From Candidatus Magasanikiibacteriota bacterium (GTDB taxonomy: Bacteria; Patescibacteriota; Patescibacteriia; Magasanikbacterales; GWA2-37-8): a stretch of DNA of 64,000 nucleotides. Shown one piece after another: positions 37,001-45,571 of the stretch; the stretch's first letter is position 1, and each line of letters opens with the position of its first letter. The notes below the pieces were generated by a model that was not told the origin of the DNA, did not search any database, and was given only the letters and a program-made list of their open reading frames with translations. The DNA is taken from positions 3,440 through 67,439 of the forward strand of contig JBAYGI010000004.1 of the NCBI GenBank assembly GCA_041666745.1, written 5' to 3'. The translations under genes were made by a program, and so were the position numbers.

Positions 37001-37678
37001 AGTAGTTTCGGAAATTTTTTCATAAATAGGCATCAACGATGTTTCGGCTTGTAAATATTGCGCTTCCTTATAACTACCATCACGTAACATAAACAAATGA
37101 TTTGGTGTGCATCTTATTTCTTCGTCGTTGTCCAAAGTTATTTTTACGAGCTCAGCATTTTGTCTTGTCAATCTAGGGTGTTTAATTTCAGCAATAGAAA
37201 TCAAACCGGCACTATTAACAGTGTAGGTATAATTTTTTTTGCCCTGCTCAAATTCTTTTATTAAATCACCGAAACTCAAAGAACGACCGTCCGTCAGTTT
37301 TACTTTAGTGTCTATGGTAAAACAGCCGAAATTTCCCTGGCCATCCACCAACTGATGACGCATGGAAAACTCCTGTGCCATACGCACCATTGCCTCATAT
37401 ATGGAAGAGTCACCGTGCGGATGGTATTTGGCCATCACCTCACCGACTACGTGGGCGGATTTGCGGAATTTACCGGTATGTCGCAGACCAATATTCCACA
37501 TGGCGTAAAGAATACGACGATGCACCGGTTTGAGTCCGTCGCGAACATCTGGCAGAGCGCGTGAAATGATCACACTCATGGCATATTCCAAGTATGAATT
37601 TTTCATTTCACTGACGATAGAAGTCTGAGTGATTTTTCCGATGTCTCCTCCTTTTGGTAGTTCAAGTTTGTTTTGCAT
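34034..37678 (-). CDS. gyrA: DNA gyrase subunit A, intein-containing
   Basis: 'YHPHGD', 'AAMRYTEARL', GyrA box 'QSRGGKG', C-terminal pinwheel repeats; predicted mature length 823 aa. Confidence 0.97.
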   Translation of the reverse strand: MQNKLELPKGGDIGKITQTSIVSEMKNSYLEYAMSVIISRALPDVRDGLKPVHRRILYAMWNIGLRHTGKFRKSAHVVGEVMAKYHPHGDSSIYEAMVRMAQEFSMRHQLVDGQGNFGCFTIDTKVKLTDGRSLSFGDLIKEFEQGKKNYTYTVNSAGLISIAEIKHPRLTRQNAELVKITLDNDEEIRCTPNHLFMLRDGSYKEAQYLQAETSLMPIYEKISETTDRLNRQGYSLILQNKTKEWIPAHHLADNYNLTNKKYQKADGRVRHHVNFDKTNNNPENITRMHWGEHWKIHSDNVSLKHQDESYRQKIAQGRKEFWSKPENRAKTAERMKSRNLINWQNPEYKEKMKQTLSRVNKEHIQAHPEKRVELSKRATTTLTRLWKLPEYKQLFHDKIAASNKKRLTNNTGKKKFLTICKETFGRYQKLNQELYEQVRKIVYPYGASTTWDTGFKKYYTENLECVLQDITKNHKVKSVEKINTREDVFDLTIDNTHNFALASGVFVHNSMDGDSAAAMRYTEARLRAIAEEMLFDIEKNTVNFNATYDGSHNEPMVLPAKLPNLLLNGTMGIAVGMATSIPPHNLSELCGGIIKLIEEPQTTVEELAEIIKGPDFPTGGIIYNKKDILTACATGRGGVVIRAKAEIQEAKKSGMFQIIVTEVPYQVNKAEMIEKIANLVQDKKMEGIRDLRDESNKDGVRIVIELKKDSYPQKVLNQLFKQTELQTTFHYNLLALVDGIQPRVLNLKNILEEFIKHRQVVIRRRTEFDLEKAKDREHILEGLKIALDKIDLIIKLIRASNDKDEAKINLIAKFKFSDRQATAILEMKLQQLANLERQKIEDELKEKRLIIKDLESILSSQKKILGIVKTETEEIQEKYGEERRTKIIAHGVKEFTTEDLIPNEPTVIMITTDGYIKRLPPDTFHQQSRGGKGVIGVTTKEEESVAHLMATNTHDNILFFTNRGRVFQLMAYDIPQASRTAKGQALVNFLQMAPNEKITALLGTGDLTNIKYLVMVTTRGNIKKTALEDFANVRRNGLVALKLKPDDNLEWVKPSNGNNEIMIATKQGQAIRFREKDVREMGRTAGGVRGMRLKGSDEVIGMDIVDPKNTSLVFLTVGENGVGKRTVLKEYKVQGRGGSGIKTAEITTKTGNLTFAKVVDTVDANEKDLLLMSTHGQVIRLPFKSISSSGRATQGVRLMRFKEPGDKVNSVTML
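36152..37324 (-). mobile_element. Intein with HNH homing endonuclease (391 aa, residues 119-509)
   Basis: GNFG/CFTIDT.. block A, 'CTPNH' block B, 'HHVNFDKTNNNPEN' HNH motif, 'HNFALASGVFVHN/S' end. Confidence 0.95.
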
Positions 37679-37680
37679 AA

Positions 37681-38094
37681 TTATCTTTTAGTGCTAGTTG
37701 TTTTAGTAGTGATAGAAATAATAGTGGAGGTGGTGATATCGATCGTGCTAGTCGTACTGGTAGAAATATTTTTTATCTGTTGTTTTAAAACGTTGTTTAA
37801 TAATTCTTTTAGTTGTAATTTTGTCAGCTGGTTTTGTAATTCATTTTCTCTCGTAGTTTGTAATACTTGATCCCAATCGCTACTGGATTGTTTTAAAATT
37901 TTACTTTCTTCAGTTTTTTTCCAATTTATACTGGATATATTTGACCACAATGAATATCCCCAAAAAAATACTATCAACACGCCCAATCCGCCAACCCCGA
38001 CCCAAAGCCAGATAGACAATTTTTTTTCTTTGGTCAGTTGTTCGTTTATAAATTGTTCGCGAATATTTTTTTTACCCCCTTTTTTGGTCGGCAT
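37681..38094 (-). CDS. Single-TM hypothetical protein with Thr/Ser-rich tail
   Basis: TM segment near the N-terminus; packed between the MBL-fold gene and gyrA. Confidence 0.65.
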   Translation of the reverse strand: MPTKKGGKKNIREQFINEQLTKEKKLSIWLWVGVGGLGVLIVFFWGYSLWSNISSINWKKTEESKILKQSSSDWDQVLQTTRENELQNQLTKLQLKELLNNVLKQQIKNISTSTTSTIDITTSTIISITTKTTSTKR

Positions 38095-38097
38095 ATA

Positions 38098-38712
38098 TTA
38101 GTAATTTTTTTCTAACACCATTAGTTTTGTTTCTTCAGTTGGCAGATCTTTCTTTTTTATAATAATTTTTTTATCAGTGATATCCGGTTTGAGACCAAGC
38201 ACTTTGATAAAACTGCTCAAGGTGCCGGCTTTGGGATCGCTATCACACTGGTAGGCGATTGGAATCACAATACGTGGTTCCATAGCCGTCACCATATCCG
38301 CCGCATCTTCCGGGGATAGATAGTTGCCACCATCACCGACTGGCACAAACAAAATATCCGGTGTGCCCAGTTTTTCAATATATTCAGCGTCTAATTTTTT
38401 GGTGATTTTTCCTAAATGTACCAGGTTTAAATTTTCGGCATTGATTTTAAAAACTTGGCCATCTCCACAAGGGTAGCTATAACACATCACACCTTTGACT
38501 TCACATTCGCCGGAAGTGGAAATAATAAATGGTTCTTGAGAAAGAGTGGTGGCGTCGTCTTCACCGTGAGAATACAAGGCGATTTGAGGGCTGAAACTAC
38601 GAGGAAATTCACCAGTGGTGGGTTTGTAGCCATCAATAATCACCGTGATATCTTCGTCGAGATTTTTGGTTTGCAGACGGACGCAAGTTTGTCCAAGCCA
38701 TGAAATGTGCAT
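38098..38712 (-). CDS. Metallo-beta-lactamase-fold protein (Lactamase_B_3-like), degenerate metal motif
   Basis: 'ISWLGQTCV', 'GECEVKGV', 'HLG', 'DILFVPVG', 'EPRIVIP'. Confidence 0.8.
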   Translation of the reverse strand: MHISWLGQTCVRLQTKNLDEDITVIIDGYKPTTGEFPRSFSPQIALYSHGEDDATTLSQEPFIISTSGECEVKGVMCYSYPCGDGQVFKINAENLNLVHLGKITKKLDAEYIEKLGTPDILFVPVGDGGNYLSPEDAADMVTAMEPRIVIPIAYQCDSDPKAGTLSSFIKVLGLKPDITDKKIIIKKKDLPTEETKLMVLEKNY

Positions 38713-38826
38713 ATTTTTATCTAAAAAATCTGAAAAATTAAGTCAAATAAAACTGTTGAAATTATATCATAATATGGTAGGGGTGGCAAGTAGAAAAATA
38801 GGGTAAATAGTGTATAAACATGAGTA

Positions 38827-38855
38827 TTGACAAATCCTTGAAAATAGGTTATTAT
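38827..38855 (+). promoter_or_regulatory. rpsA promoter
   Basis: TTGACA-17-TATTAT. Confidence 0.6.
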
Positions 38856-38949
38856 AGCTTCATCAATTAAATATCCAAGTTCGCCCAGTTTAGAGGTGGA
38901 CACCCATTTTGACTAGGATCAAAAGGGATAAAAAGATTTTTTTTGTTTT

Positions 38950-40128
38950 ATGACAGATGCTGTCAAAAATACCGTCAAACAAGATTTCAAAACTCTGTTG
39001 GCTGGTATGGCTATAAACGTCCCTAAGGTTGGGGAAGTTATCAAAGGTAAAGTAATCTCCGTCGATCGTGGTGAGGTTCGTTTGGATGTCGAAGGGGTGA
39101 CCACCGGTGTTGTCCGTGGTCGCGAATTATTTGTGGAATCACGTGAATATGCCGGCCTAAAGGTTGGTGATTCGGCTGAGGCCACGGTAGTGGATTTGGA
39201 AAATGAAAATGGCGAAATGGAGCTTTCCTTCCGCATTGCCGGTTATCAGCGTGCTTGGGATAGTATGAAAAAATGGATGAAAGACGGTTTGACTTTGAAA
39301 GCCAAAGTTGTATCCGCCAACAAAGGTGGTTTGATGATGCGTGTAGATGCTTTGTCTGGTTTTATGCCAGTTTCTCAGCTCTCTCCTGACAATTATCCAC
39401 GAGTTACCGGTGGTGACAAGAATCGTATTTTGGATAAATTGCGTGAAATGCAAGGCAAAGAATTCGAAGTGAAAGTTATCGATGTTGATGAAAAAGAAGA
39501 AAAATTGATTGTTTCCGAGCGTGCAGTTTGGGAAGATTCTCAAAAAGCCGTACTTGAAACATACAAGATTGGCGATGTGGTATCCGGTGAAATTTCCGCT
39601 TTGACTTCATTTGGCGCTTTTGTGAAATTTGGTGATGGTCTGGAAGGCTTGATTCATATTTCTGAAATCGCTTGGCAGAGAATTGATCACCCAAAAGATG
39701 TTTTGAAAGTTGGTGATCAGGTCAAAGCTCAAATTATCCAGCTTGATCATTCCAAGATTTATTTGTCTATCAAACGTTTGGTGGATGATCCTTGGAAAAA
39801 AGTAAAGGAAAAATACAAAATGGGCGATAAAGTGACCGGTAAAATTATCAAAGTAGAACCATTTGGTTTGATGATTGCCCTAGACAAAGAAATTCACGGT
39901 TTGGCTCATATTTCTGAACTTTCCGATGATCCAATTTCCAATATTCACGACAAATTCAAACTCGGACAAGAATTGGAGTTTGAAGTGGTATCAGTAGAGC
40001 CTGCCGAACATCGTTTGGGCTTGAAAGTAGCCGGGGTAAAAGGGAAATTGAAGAAAGAAGATAAAAAAGATGAGGCGAAAAAAGAGGAAGTGAAAGAAGA
40101 AAAAAAGGAAGAAGTTAAGGCAGAATAA
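38950..40128 (+). CDS. rpsA: 30S ribosomal protein S1 (four S1 domains)
   Basis: Repeated S1 domains: 'FGAFVKFGDGLEGLIHISEI', 'GLAHISEL'. Confidence 0.93.
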   Translation: MTDAVKNTVKQDFKTLLAGMAINVPKVGEVIKGKVISVDRGEVRLDVEGVTTGVVRGRELFVESREYAGLKVGDSAEATVVDLENENGEMELSFRIAGYQRAWDSMKKWMKDGLTLKAKVVSANKGGLMMRVDALSGFMPVSQLSPDNYPRVTGGDKNRILDKLREMQGKEFEVKVIDVDEKEEKLIVSERAVWEDSQKAVLETYKIGDVVSGEISALTSFGAFVKFGDGLEGLIHISEIAWQRIDHPKDVLKVGDQVKAQIIQLDHSKIYLSIKRLVDDPWKKVKEKYKMGDKVTGKIIKVEPFGLMIALDKEIHGLAHISELSDDPISNIHDKFKLGQELEFEVVSVEPAEHRLGLKVAGVKGKLKKEDKKDEAKKEEVKEEKKEEVKAE

Positions 40129-40143
40129 AATATACAAAATTTT

Positions 40144-40173
40144 AAAAACCGTCCGTAATTGGGCGGTTTTTTT
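40144..40173 (+). terminator. rpsA terminator
   Basis: AAAAACCGTCC-GTAATT-GGGCGGTTTTT. Confidence 0.7.
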
Positions 40174-40241
40174 ATTTTGACGATGAGGTGAAAAAAGAGT
40201 AAAATATATTGTGTAAATTATTTTTTATTAATTAAAAATTT

Positions 40242-40733
40242 ATGCAACAAATAGATAATATAATAAAAAATACACAGATTGCGATTTTTAAAGGTAAGGA
40301 AATTAGGAAAACTTTGTTTCAAGGCGAGTGGTGGTTTTCGGTAACTGATGTAGTAGAAGCGCTTACGGACAGTTCAAACCCAAATGATTATTGGTATCGT
40401 ATGAAAGTTCGTGTAAAAAGTGAGGATAAAATTGAGTTATCAACAATTTGTCGACAACTGAAATTAGAATCTTCTGATGGCAAAAAGTATGAAACTGACT
40501 GTGCCAACACAGAAGGAATTTTTCGTATCATCCAATCAATCCCATCCCCCAAAGCCGAGCCATTCAAACGTTGGTTGGCAAAGGTGGGTTACGAACGAGT
40601 GCAAGAAATAGAAAATCCGGAGCTCGCCACCAAGCGAACACGAATGTTGTATAAAATGAAAGGATATAAGGAATTACTCGGGGCACCTCAAAAACTCATC
40701 ACTACGGTGGTGATTTTTTGTTTAGTGCCTTGA
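40242..40733 (+). CDS. BRO-N domain (phage antirepressor-like) protein, probably C-terminally truncated
   Basis: 'EWWFSVTDVV', 'RIIQSIPSPKAEPFKRWLAKVG'; ends soon after 'KGY' and runs through a terminator-like hairpin. Confidence 0.75.
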   Translation: MQQIDNIIKNTQIAIFKGKEIRKTLFQGEWWFSVTDVVEALTDSSNPNDYWYRMKVRVKSEDKIELSTICRQLKLESSDGKKYETDCANTEGIFRIIQSIPSPKAEPFKRWLAKVGYERVQEIENPELATKRTRMLYKMKGYKELLGAPQKLITTVVIFCLVP

Positions 40734-40784
40734 TTTTGTTATTGAAATAGGGTAGTATTATTACTATATTATTAAGCAATATAT

Positions 40785-42629
40785 ATGAAAAACTTTTTGA
40801 AAAATTTTATAGCTGTGTTTTTGGTGCTGTTGGTGGTGGCGGGTGTGTTGGGGTTAACTCGATCCAATGCAAGCCAAAAACCGGACAAAGTAGATATCGG
40901 CTGGTTGATTCAAGAAATCAATGCCGGTCAGGTGAAAAAAGTTTCCGTGAGTGGAGATACTATTGATGTAGAATTGAAAGATGCTACCGCCAAACATCAA
41001 GAAGTAAAAAAAGAAACAGGTGAATCGTTTGGTGATATTATGAAAAACTACGGCGTGTCGGATACCGCCCGCAATAGTATCGCGGTGGAAATTAAAGACG
41101 AAAGTGGTTGGAAATTTTGGTTGGTGAATCTTTTGCCGGTGATTATCCCATTGGTTATTATTATGGCATTTTTATATTTCATGACTAGAGGGGTACAAGG
41201 TGCCAACAACAAAGCGATGGGATTTGGTCAGAGTAATCCTCGCCAAGTAGGGGCAGATAATAAAGATAAAAAAACTTTTGCGGATGTTGCGGGTGCAAAA
41301 GAAGCCAAAGAAGAGCTGGAAGAAATCGTAGATTTTTTGAAAGACCCAAAAAAGTTTGCCGACATGGGTGCCAAAATTCCCAAAGGTGTATTGTTGATGG
41401 GTGCTCCGGGTACTGGTAAAACTTTGTTGGCCAAAGCAGTTGCGGGTGAAGCGGGGGTGCAATTTTTTCACATGAGCGGTTCAGAATTTGTGGAAATGTT
41501 TGTGGGTGTTGGTGCCAGTCGTGTGCGTGATTTGTTTGCCAAAGCAAAAAAAGCCGCTCCGGCGATTGTGTTTATTGATGAAATCGATGCGGTTGGACGA
41601 CGTCGTGGTACCGGTATGGGTGGTGGTCATGATGAACGCGAACAAACTTTGAATCAAATTTTGGTGGAGATGGATGGTTTTGAAGCCAATTTGGGAGTAA
41701 TCGTAATGGCGGCCACCAATCGCCCGGATGTTTTGGATCCAGCTTTGTTGCGCCCAGGTCGTTTTGATCGTCGTGTGGTTATCGATTTACCGGACATCAA
41801 AGATCGTGAAGAAATTTTGACAGTTCATGCCAAAGGCAAACCGATAGATAGTACTGTTTCTCTAAACAAGTTGGCTCAACGCACCCCCGGATTTTCCGGA
41901 GCGGATTTAGCCAATCTGTTGAATGAAGCGGCTATTTTGACTGTGCGTCGTGGTAAAAAAATTATTGGAGAGAGTGAAGTTTTGGAAAGTATTGAAAAAG
42001 TATTACTTGGCCCGGAAAGAAAAAATCGAATTATCAGTACACAAGAAAAGAAAATGACTGCTTATCATGAAGCGGGGCATGCGGTGGTAGGGCATTTTTT
42101 GTCGCACTGTGATCCAATTCGCAAGGTGTCAGTAATTTCTCGAGGACAAGCCGGTGGTTATACTTTGCATATGCCAACCGAAGACAAACACTATCGCACA
42201 CTTGCTCAGTTTCGAGATGATTTGGCTATGATGTTTGGTGGTTATGCAGTGGAAAAATTAATTTTTGGTGATGATATGTTGTCGACCGGTCCAAGCTCGG
42301 ATTTGCGCAACGCTACCAAAACCGCCAAAGATATGGTGACTCGTTATGGTATGAGTGAAAAACTCGGCCCACGTACTTTTGGAGAGCATGAGGAAATGAT
42401 TTTCTTAGGCAAAGAAATCCACGAACAGCGCGATTATAGCGATAAAACCGCTGAAGAAATAGACAAAGAAATTAAAGTATTGGTGGAAAATGCTGAAAAA
42501 CGCGCCAACACAATCGTGGTGGCCAATCGTGAAAAAATGGATTTGTTGGTGCAAGAGCTGATGGAAAAAGAAACAATCGAACAAGAAGACATCCTGAGAA
42601 TTTTAGGACCACGCCCTACCGTAGAATAA
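40785..42629 (+). CDS. ftsH: ATP-dependent zinc metalloprotease FtsH
   Basis: Two TM, 'GAPGTGKT', 'FIDEID', SRH '[10 protein letters not shown]', 'HEAGH'. Confidence 0.98.
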   Translation: MKNFLKNFIAVFLVLLVVAGVLGLTRSNASQKPDKVDIGWLIQEINAGQVKKVSVSGDTIDVELKDATAKHQEVKKETGESFGDIMKNYGVSDTARNSIAVEIKDESGWKFWLVNLLPVIIPLVIIMAFLYFMTRGVQGANNKAMGFGQSNPRQVGADNKDKKTFADVAGAKEAKEELEEIVDFLKDPKKFADMGAKIPKGVLLMGAPGTGKTLLAKAVAGEAGVQFFHMSGSEFVEMFVGVGASRVRDLFAKAKKAAPAIVFIDEIDAVGRRRGTGMGGGHDEREQTLNQILVEMDGFEANLGVIVMAATNRPDVLDPALLRPGRFDRRVVIDLPDIKDREEILTVHAKGKPIDSTVSLNKLAQRTPGFSGADLANLLNEAAILTVRRGKKIIGESEVLESIEKVLLGPERKNRIISTQEKKMTAYHEAGHAVVGHFLSHCDPIRKVSVISRGQAGGYTLHMPTEDKHYRTLAQFRDDLAMMFGGYAVEKLIFGDDMLSTGPSSDLRNATKTAKDMVTRYGMSEKLGPRTFGEHEEMIFLGKEIHEQRDYSDKTAEEIDKEIKVLVENAEKRANTIVVANREKMDLLVQELMEKETIEQEDILRILGPRPTVE

Positions 42630-42633
42630 TATT

Positions 42634-42740
42634 AAAAAATACCGGCTACAATTACCTTTGAGCGGGTTATGAGCCCGAGGCTCATCCTTTTGCCCTCGCG
42701 GGCAAAAAAAGCGAAAAGGTTGTTGTAGCCGGTATTTTTT
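42634..42740. repeat. Palindromic element, copy 2 (62-nt core 42657-42718) in the loop of the ftsH terminator
   Basis: Outer stem ATACCGGCTACAA/TTGTAGCCGGTAT with A/T tails; core is the reverse complement of 28564-28625. Confidence 0.85.
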
Positions 42741-42807
42741 GTTTTTCAGAAATGTGCTATAATATATTTAGTCAGGCAAGTTTAATTGCCAATTGTTATT
42801 TGTATCT

Positions 42808-43779
42808 ATGCACGAACCAACTTTTCGTCAAGCGCTCTCTCGTTCTTGGCAATTGGTAGCGCAAAAAAAATCTTTGTGGATTTTTGGATTATTGTCAGCG
42901 TTGATTGGACAGATGGGGTTGAGTGATTTTGTGGGGATGTTATACAAAACTACCAACGAAGGTTTTAGGCCTTATGATTTTAGTTTATTTTTCGATTTTA
43001 TCAACAGTTTAAATTGGCATCGGGTGTCGGTGGTTTTGTTGGCGCTTTGGTTGCTCGGAATTATTTTACTTTTAATAATGGTAATAGTTTTTGTATCGGT
43101 TAGTGCCAGAGGGGCGATCATCGCATACGCTATTCATTGGTATAAAAAAGAAAGTATCATGCCGTTGTCTGATGCTTGGAACAAAGGCGTGCAAAGATTT
43201 TTTCCACTCTTGGCAATTTCCATAGTTGGTAGAGGTTTGCAGATGATTTTTATTTGTTTATTTTCTGTAGTGGCTTCTAGATTAGTTCAGGGCAATACAT
43301 TGTCTGGGAGTTTGTGGTTGATATTTTCCGCGACTGTGGCCTTGTGTTTTATTTTATTGATTGAAGCGGTTTCGATTTTTAGCAGCGGATATTTGATGTT
43401 TGAAAAGAAAAGTTTGGTCAAATCTGTTCAAAAAGGTTGGAGTTTATTTTTGGATCATGTGTTGGTTTCTTTCGAATTGGGAGTGGTGTTGATGTTGCTC
43501 AGCGCTATTTTATTGGGAGTGATTATTTATGGTTCGTTTGTCGCTTTTCTGCCGTCGTTGGTGATGTGGCTTATTGCTGGATTAAGCGGTATGAATTTTT
43601 TAATTGGTTTTGGAATTTATTCCGGAGTAGTTTTGTATATTGCTTTAGTGTTGGTTTTAGCCGGCATTTTCAATGCTTTTGTGACTTGTTCTTGGATGTA
43701 TTTATTTATGAAAATGCATCATGAAGGAGTGGTCAGTAGAGTTATTCATTTTTTTCAACATCTTTTTAGAAGAACTTAA
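42808..43779 (+). CDS. Multi-pass membrane hypothetical protein
   Basis: About 6-7 TM; start MHEPTF at 42808. Confidence 0.75.
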   Translation: MHEPTFRQALSRSWQLVAQKKSLWIFGLLSALIGQMGLSDFVGMLYKTTNEGFRPYDFSLFFDFINSLNWHRVSVVLLALWLLGIILLLIMVIVFVSVSARGAIIAYAIHWYKKESIMPLSDAWNKGVQRFFPLLAISIVGRGLQMIFICLFSVVASRLVQGNTLSGSLWLIFSATVALCFILLIEAVSIFSSGYLMFEKKSLVKSVQKGWSLFLDHVLVSFELGVVLMLLSAILLGVIIYGSFVAFLPSLVMWLIAGLSGMNFLIGFGIYSGVVLYIALVLVLAGIFNAFVTCSWMYLFMKMHHEGVVSRVIHFFQHLFRRT

Positions 43780-43781
43780 TT

Positions 43782-45521
43782 ATGCCTTCAGATTTTCCAT
43801 CAATTAGTAATTTGTTACCCAAAAAACCTGTGACTGGTAGTGCTCCGGTCGGTAAGGTTTCTAGCAAACCGACGAATGGTAATTCTACCGAGAAATTTGA
43901 TCAACAGATGAAAAAAATCGGTATTAAAGAAAAAGAGGAAACAGTGCGAGCCAATGCTCAATCGCTTGGGTTGTCATATATTGATTTGAGCGCTTTTCCG
44001 GTAGCTTCCGAATCTTTGCGTATGATTCCGGAGGAGCTGGTAAAAGAAAAAGGAATAGTTTGTTTTTATTCTACACCCGAGGAAATTCGTGTGGGTTGTA
44101 TTGAGCCAAACAAAGACCTCGATGATTTTTTGTATCAACTTGGTGAGCGTCATCACGCCAAAGTGGTTTTGCATTTGATTTCCAAAAATAGTTTTGATCA
44201 CGTGGTAAAATTATATGCAAATTTACCAATTGTAAAAGCAATTACCAAAGATATAAATATTACCGATGAGGAACTAAATAAATTCGGAGAAAAAATTGAT
44301 AATTTACAAAGTTTGCAAGAAAAGTTTTTAAATGTTTCGGTGACAGATATTTTGAGTTTGATGATCGCCGCCGCTTTAAAAATAAATTCATCAGATATTC
44401 ATGTGGAAGCGGAAGAAAATGGTATCGCGGTGCGTTATCGTATTGATGGTATTTTGCATGACGTGGCGACTTTGCCAAAGGAACAGTGGAAGCGATTTGT
44501 GTCGCGTATAAAATTATTATCGGCTTTAAAAATAAATATAAATGACAAACCTCAAGACGGTCGTGTGACTTTGGCTTTGGGATCCGGCAATTTGGATGTT
44601 CGTGTTTCGACAATGCCGACTATTCACGGTGAGAGTGTGGTGATGCGTATCTTGCACAGTGGAAGTAAAGGGGTGACCTTTGATGAACTCGGCTTGCGTG
44701 GTGATGCCTTCAACCGTCTCAAGCGAGAGGTGGAAAGACCAAATGGCATGATTATTACGACCGGTCCGACCGGTTCCGGTAAAACCACTACTTTGTATGG
44801 TATTTTGCGAACTTTAAACAAGCCGGGTGTAAAAATCATTACTTTGGAGGATCCAATTGAAATCAAAATGGAAGGTATCAACCAGAGTCAGGTGGATATT
44901 TCCAAGGATTATACTTTTGCCAAAGGATTGCGAAGTATTTTGCGCCAAGATCCGGATATTTGTATGGTTGGTGAAATCCGTGATTTGGAGAGTGCTGAAA
45001 TCGCTATTCAGGCCGCTCTTACCGGTCATTTGATGTTGTCTACTATTCATACCAATAGTGCGTCTGGTGTGATCCCACGTTTTCTTTCGATGGGGGTTAA
45101 GCCATTTTTGTTGGCACCGGCGCTAAATGCGGTGATTGGCCAGCGTTTGGTGCGTCGTATTTGTGAATTTTGCAAAGAAGAAGATACAGCAACGGCTGAA
45201 AAATTGGAACGCGCTAAAAAAATATTATCGGAACTACCGGAAGCAGAAAAGAAAAATGTGGACATGAACAATTTGCATTTTTACAAAGGCAAGGGTTGTG
45301 AAAAATGTAGTGGTTTGGGATACAAAGGACGTGTTGGTATTTATGAAATTTTCACCATGACCAAAGAAATTGAGCAAATAATTTTGAGTACTGAGGTTTC
45401 GGAATATAAAATTCAAGAATTAGCGGTAAAAGGTGGTATGACCACCATGGCTCAGGATGGTTTGTTGAAAGCTTTGGACAAGATTACTTCATTGGATGAG
45501 ATTTTCCGTGTGACTGAGTAG
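43782..45521 (+). CDS. Type IV pilus assembly / T2SS ATPase (PilB/GspE family)
   Basis: 'SDIHVE', 'GPTGSGKTTTLY', 'LRQDPDICMVGEIRD', 'TGHLMLSTIH', CxxC..CxxC. Confidence 0.95.
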   Translation: MPSDFPSISNLLPKKPVTGSAPVGKVSSKPTNGNSTEKFDQQMKKIGIKEKEETVRANAQSLGLSYIDLSAFPVASESLRMIPEELVKEKGIVCFYSTPEEIRVGCIEPNKDLDDFLYQLGERHHAKVVLHLISKNSFDHVVKLYANLPIVKAITKDINITDEELNKFGEKIDNLQSLQEKFLNVSVTDILSLMIAAALKINSSDIHVEAEENGIAVRYRIDGILHDVATLPKEQWKRFVSRIKLLSALKININDKPQDGRVTLALGSGNLDVRVSTMPTIHGESVVMRILHSGSKGVTFDELGLRGDAFNRLKREVERPNGMIITTGPTGSGKTTTLYGILRTLNKPGVKIITLEDPIEIKMEGINQSQVDISKDYTFAKGLRSILRQDPDICMVGEIRDLESAEIAIQAALTGHLMLSTIHTNSASGVIPRFLSMGVKPFLLAPALNAVIGQRLVRRICEFCKEEDTATAEKLERAKKILSELPEAEKKNVDMNNLHFYKGKGCEKCSGLGYKGRVGIYEIFTMTKEIEQIILSTEVSEYKIQELAVKGGMTTMAQDGLLKALDKITSLDEIFRVTE

Positions 45522-45571
45522 AACAAAAATCAATTTTGTGATATAATAAATTTACTTTAAAGAATTTTATT

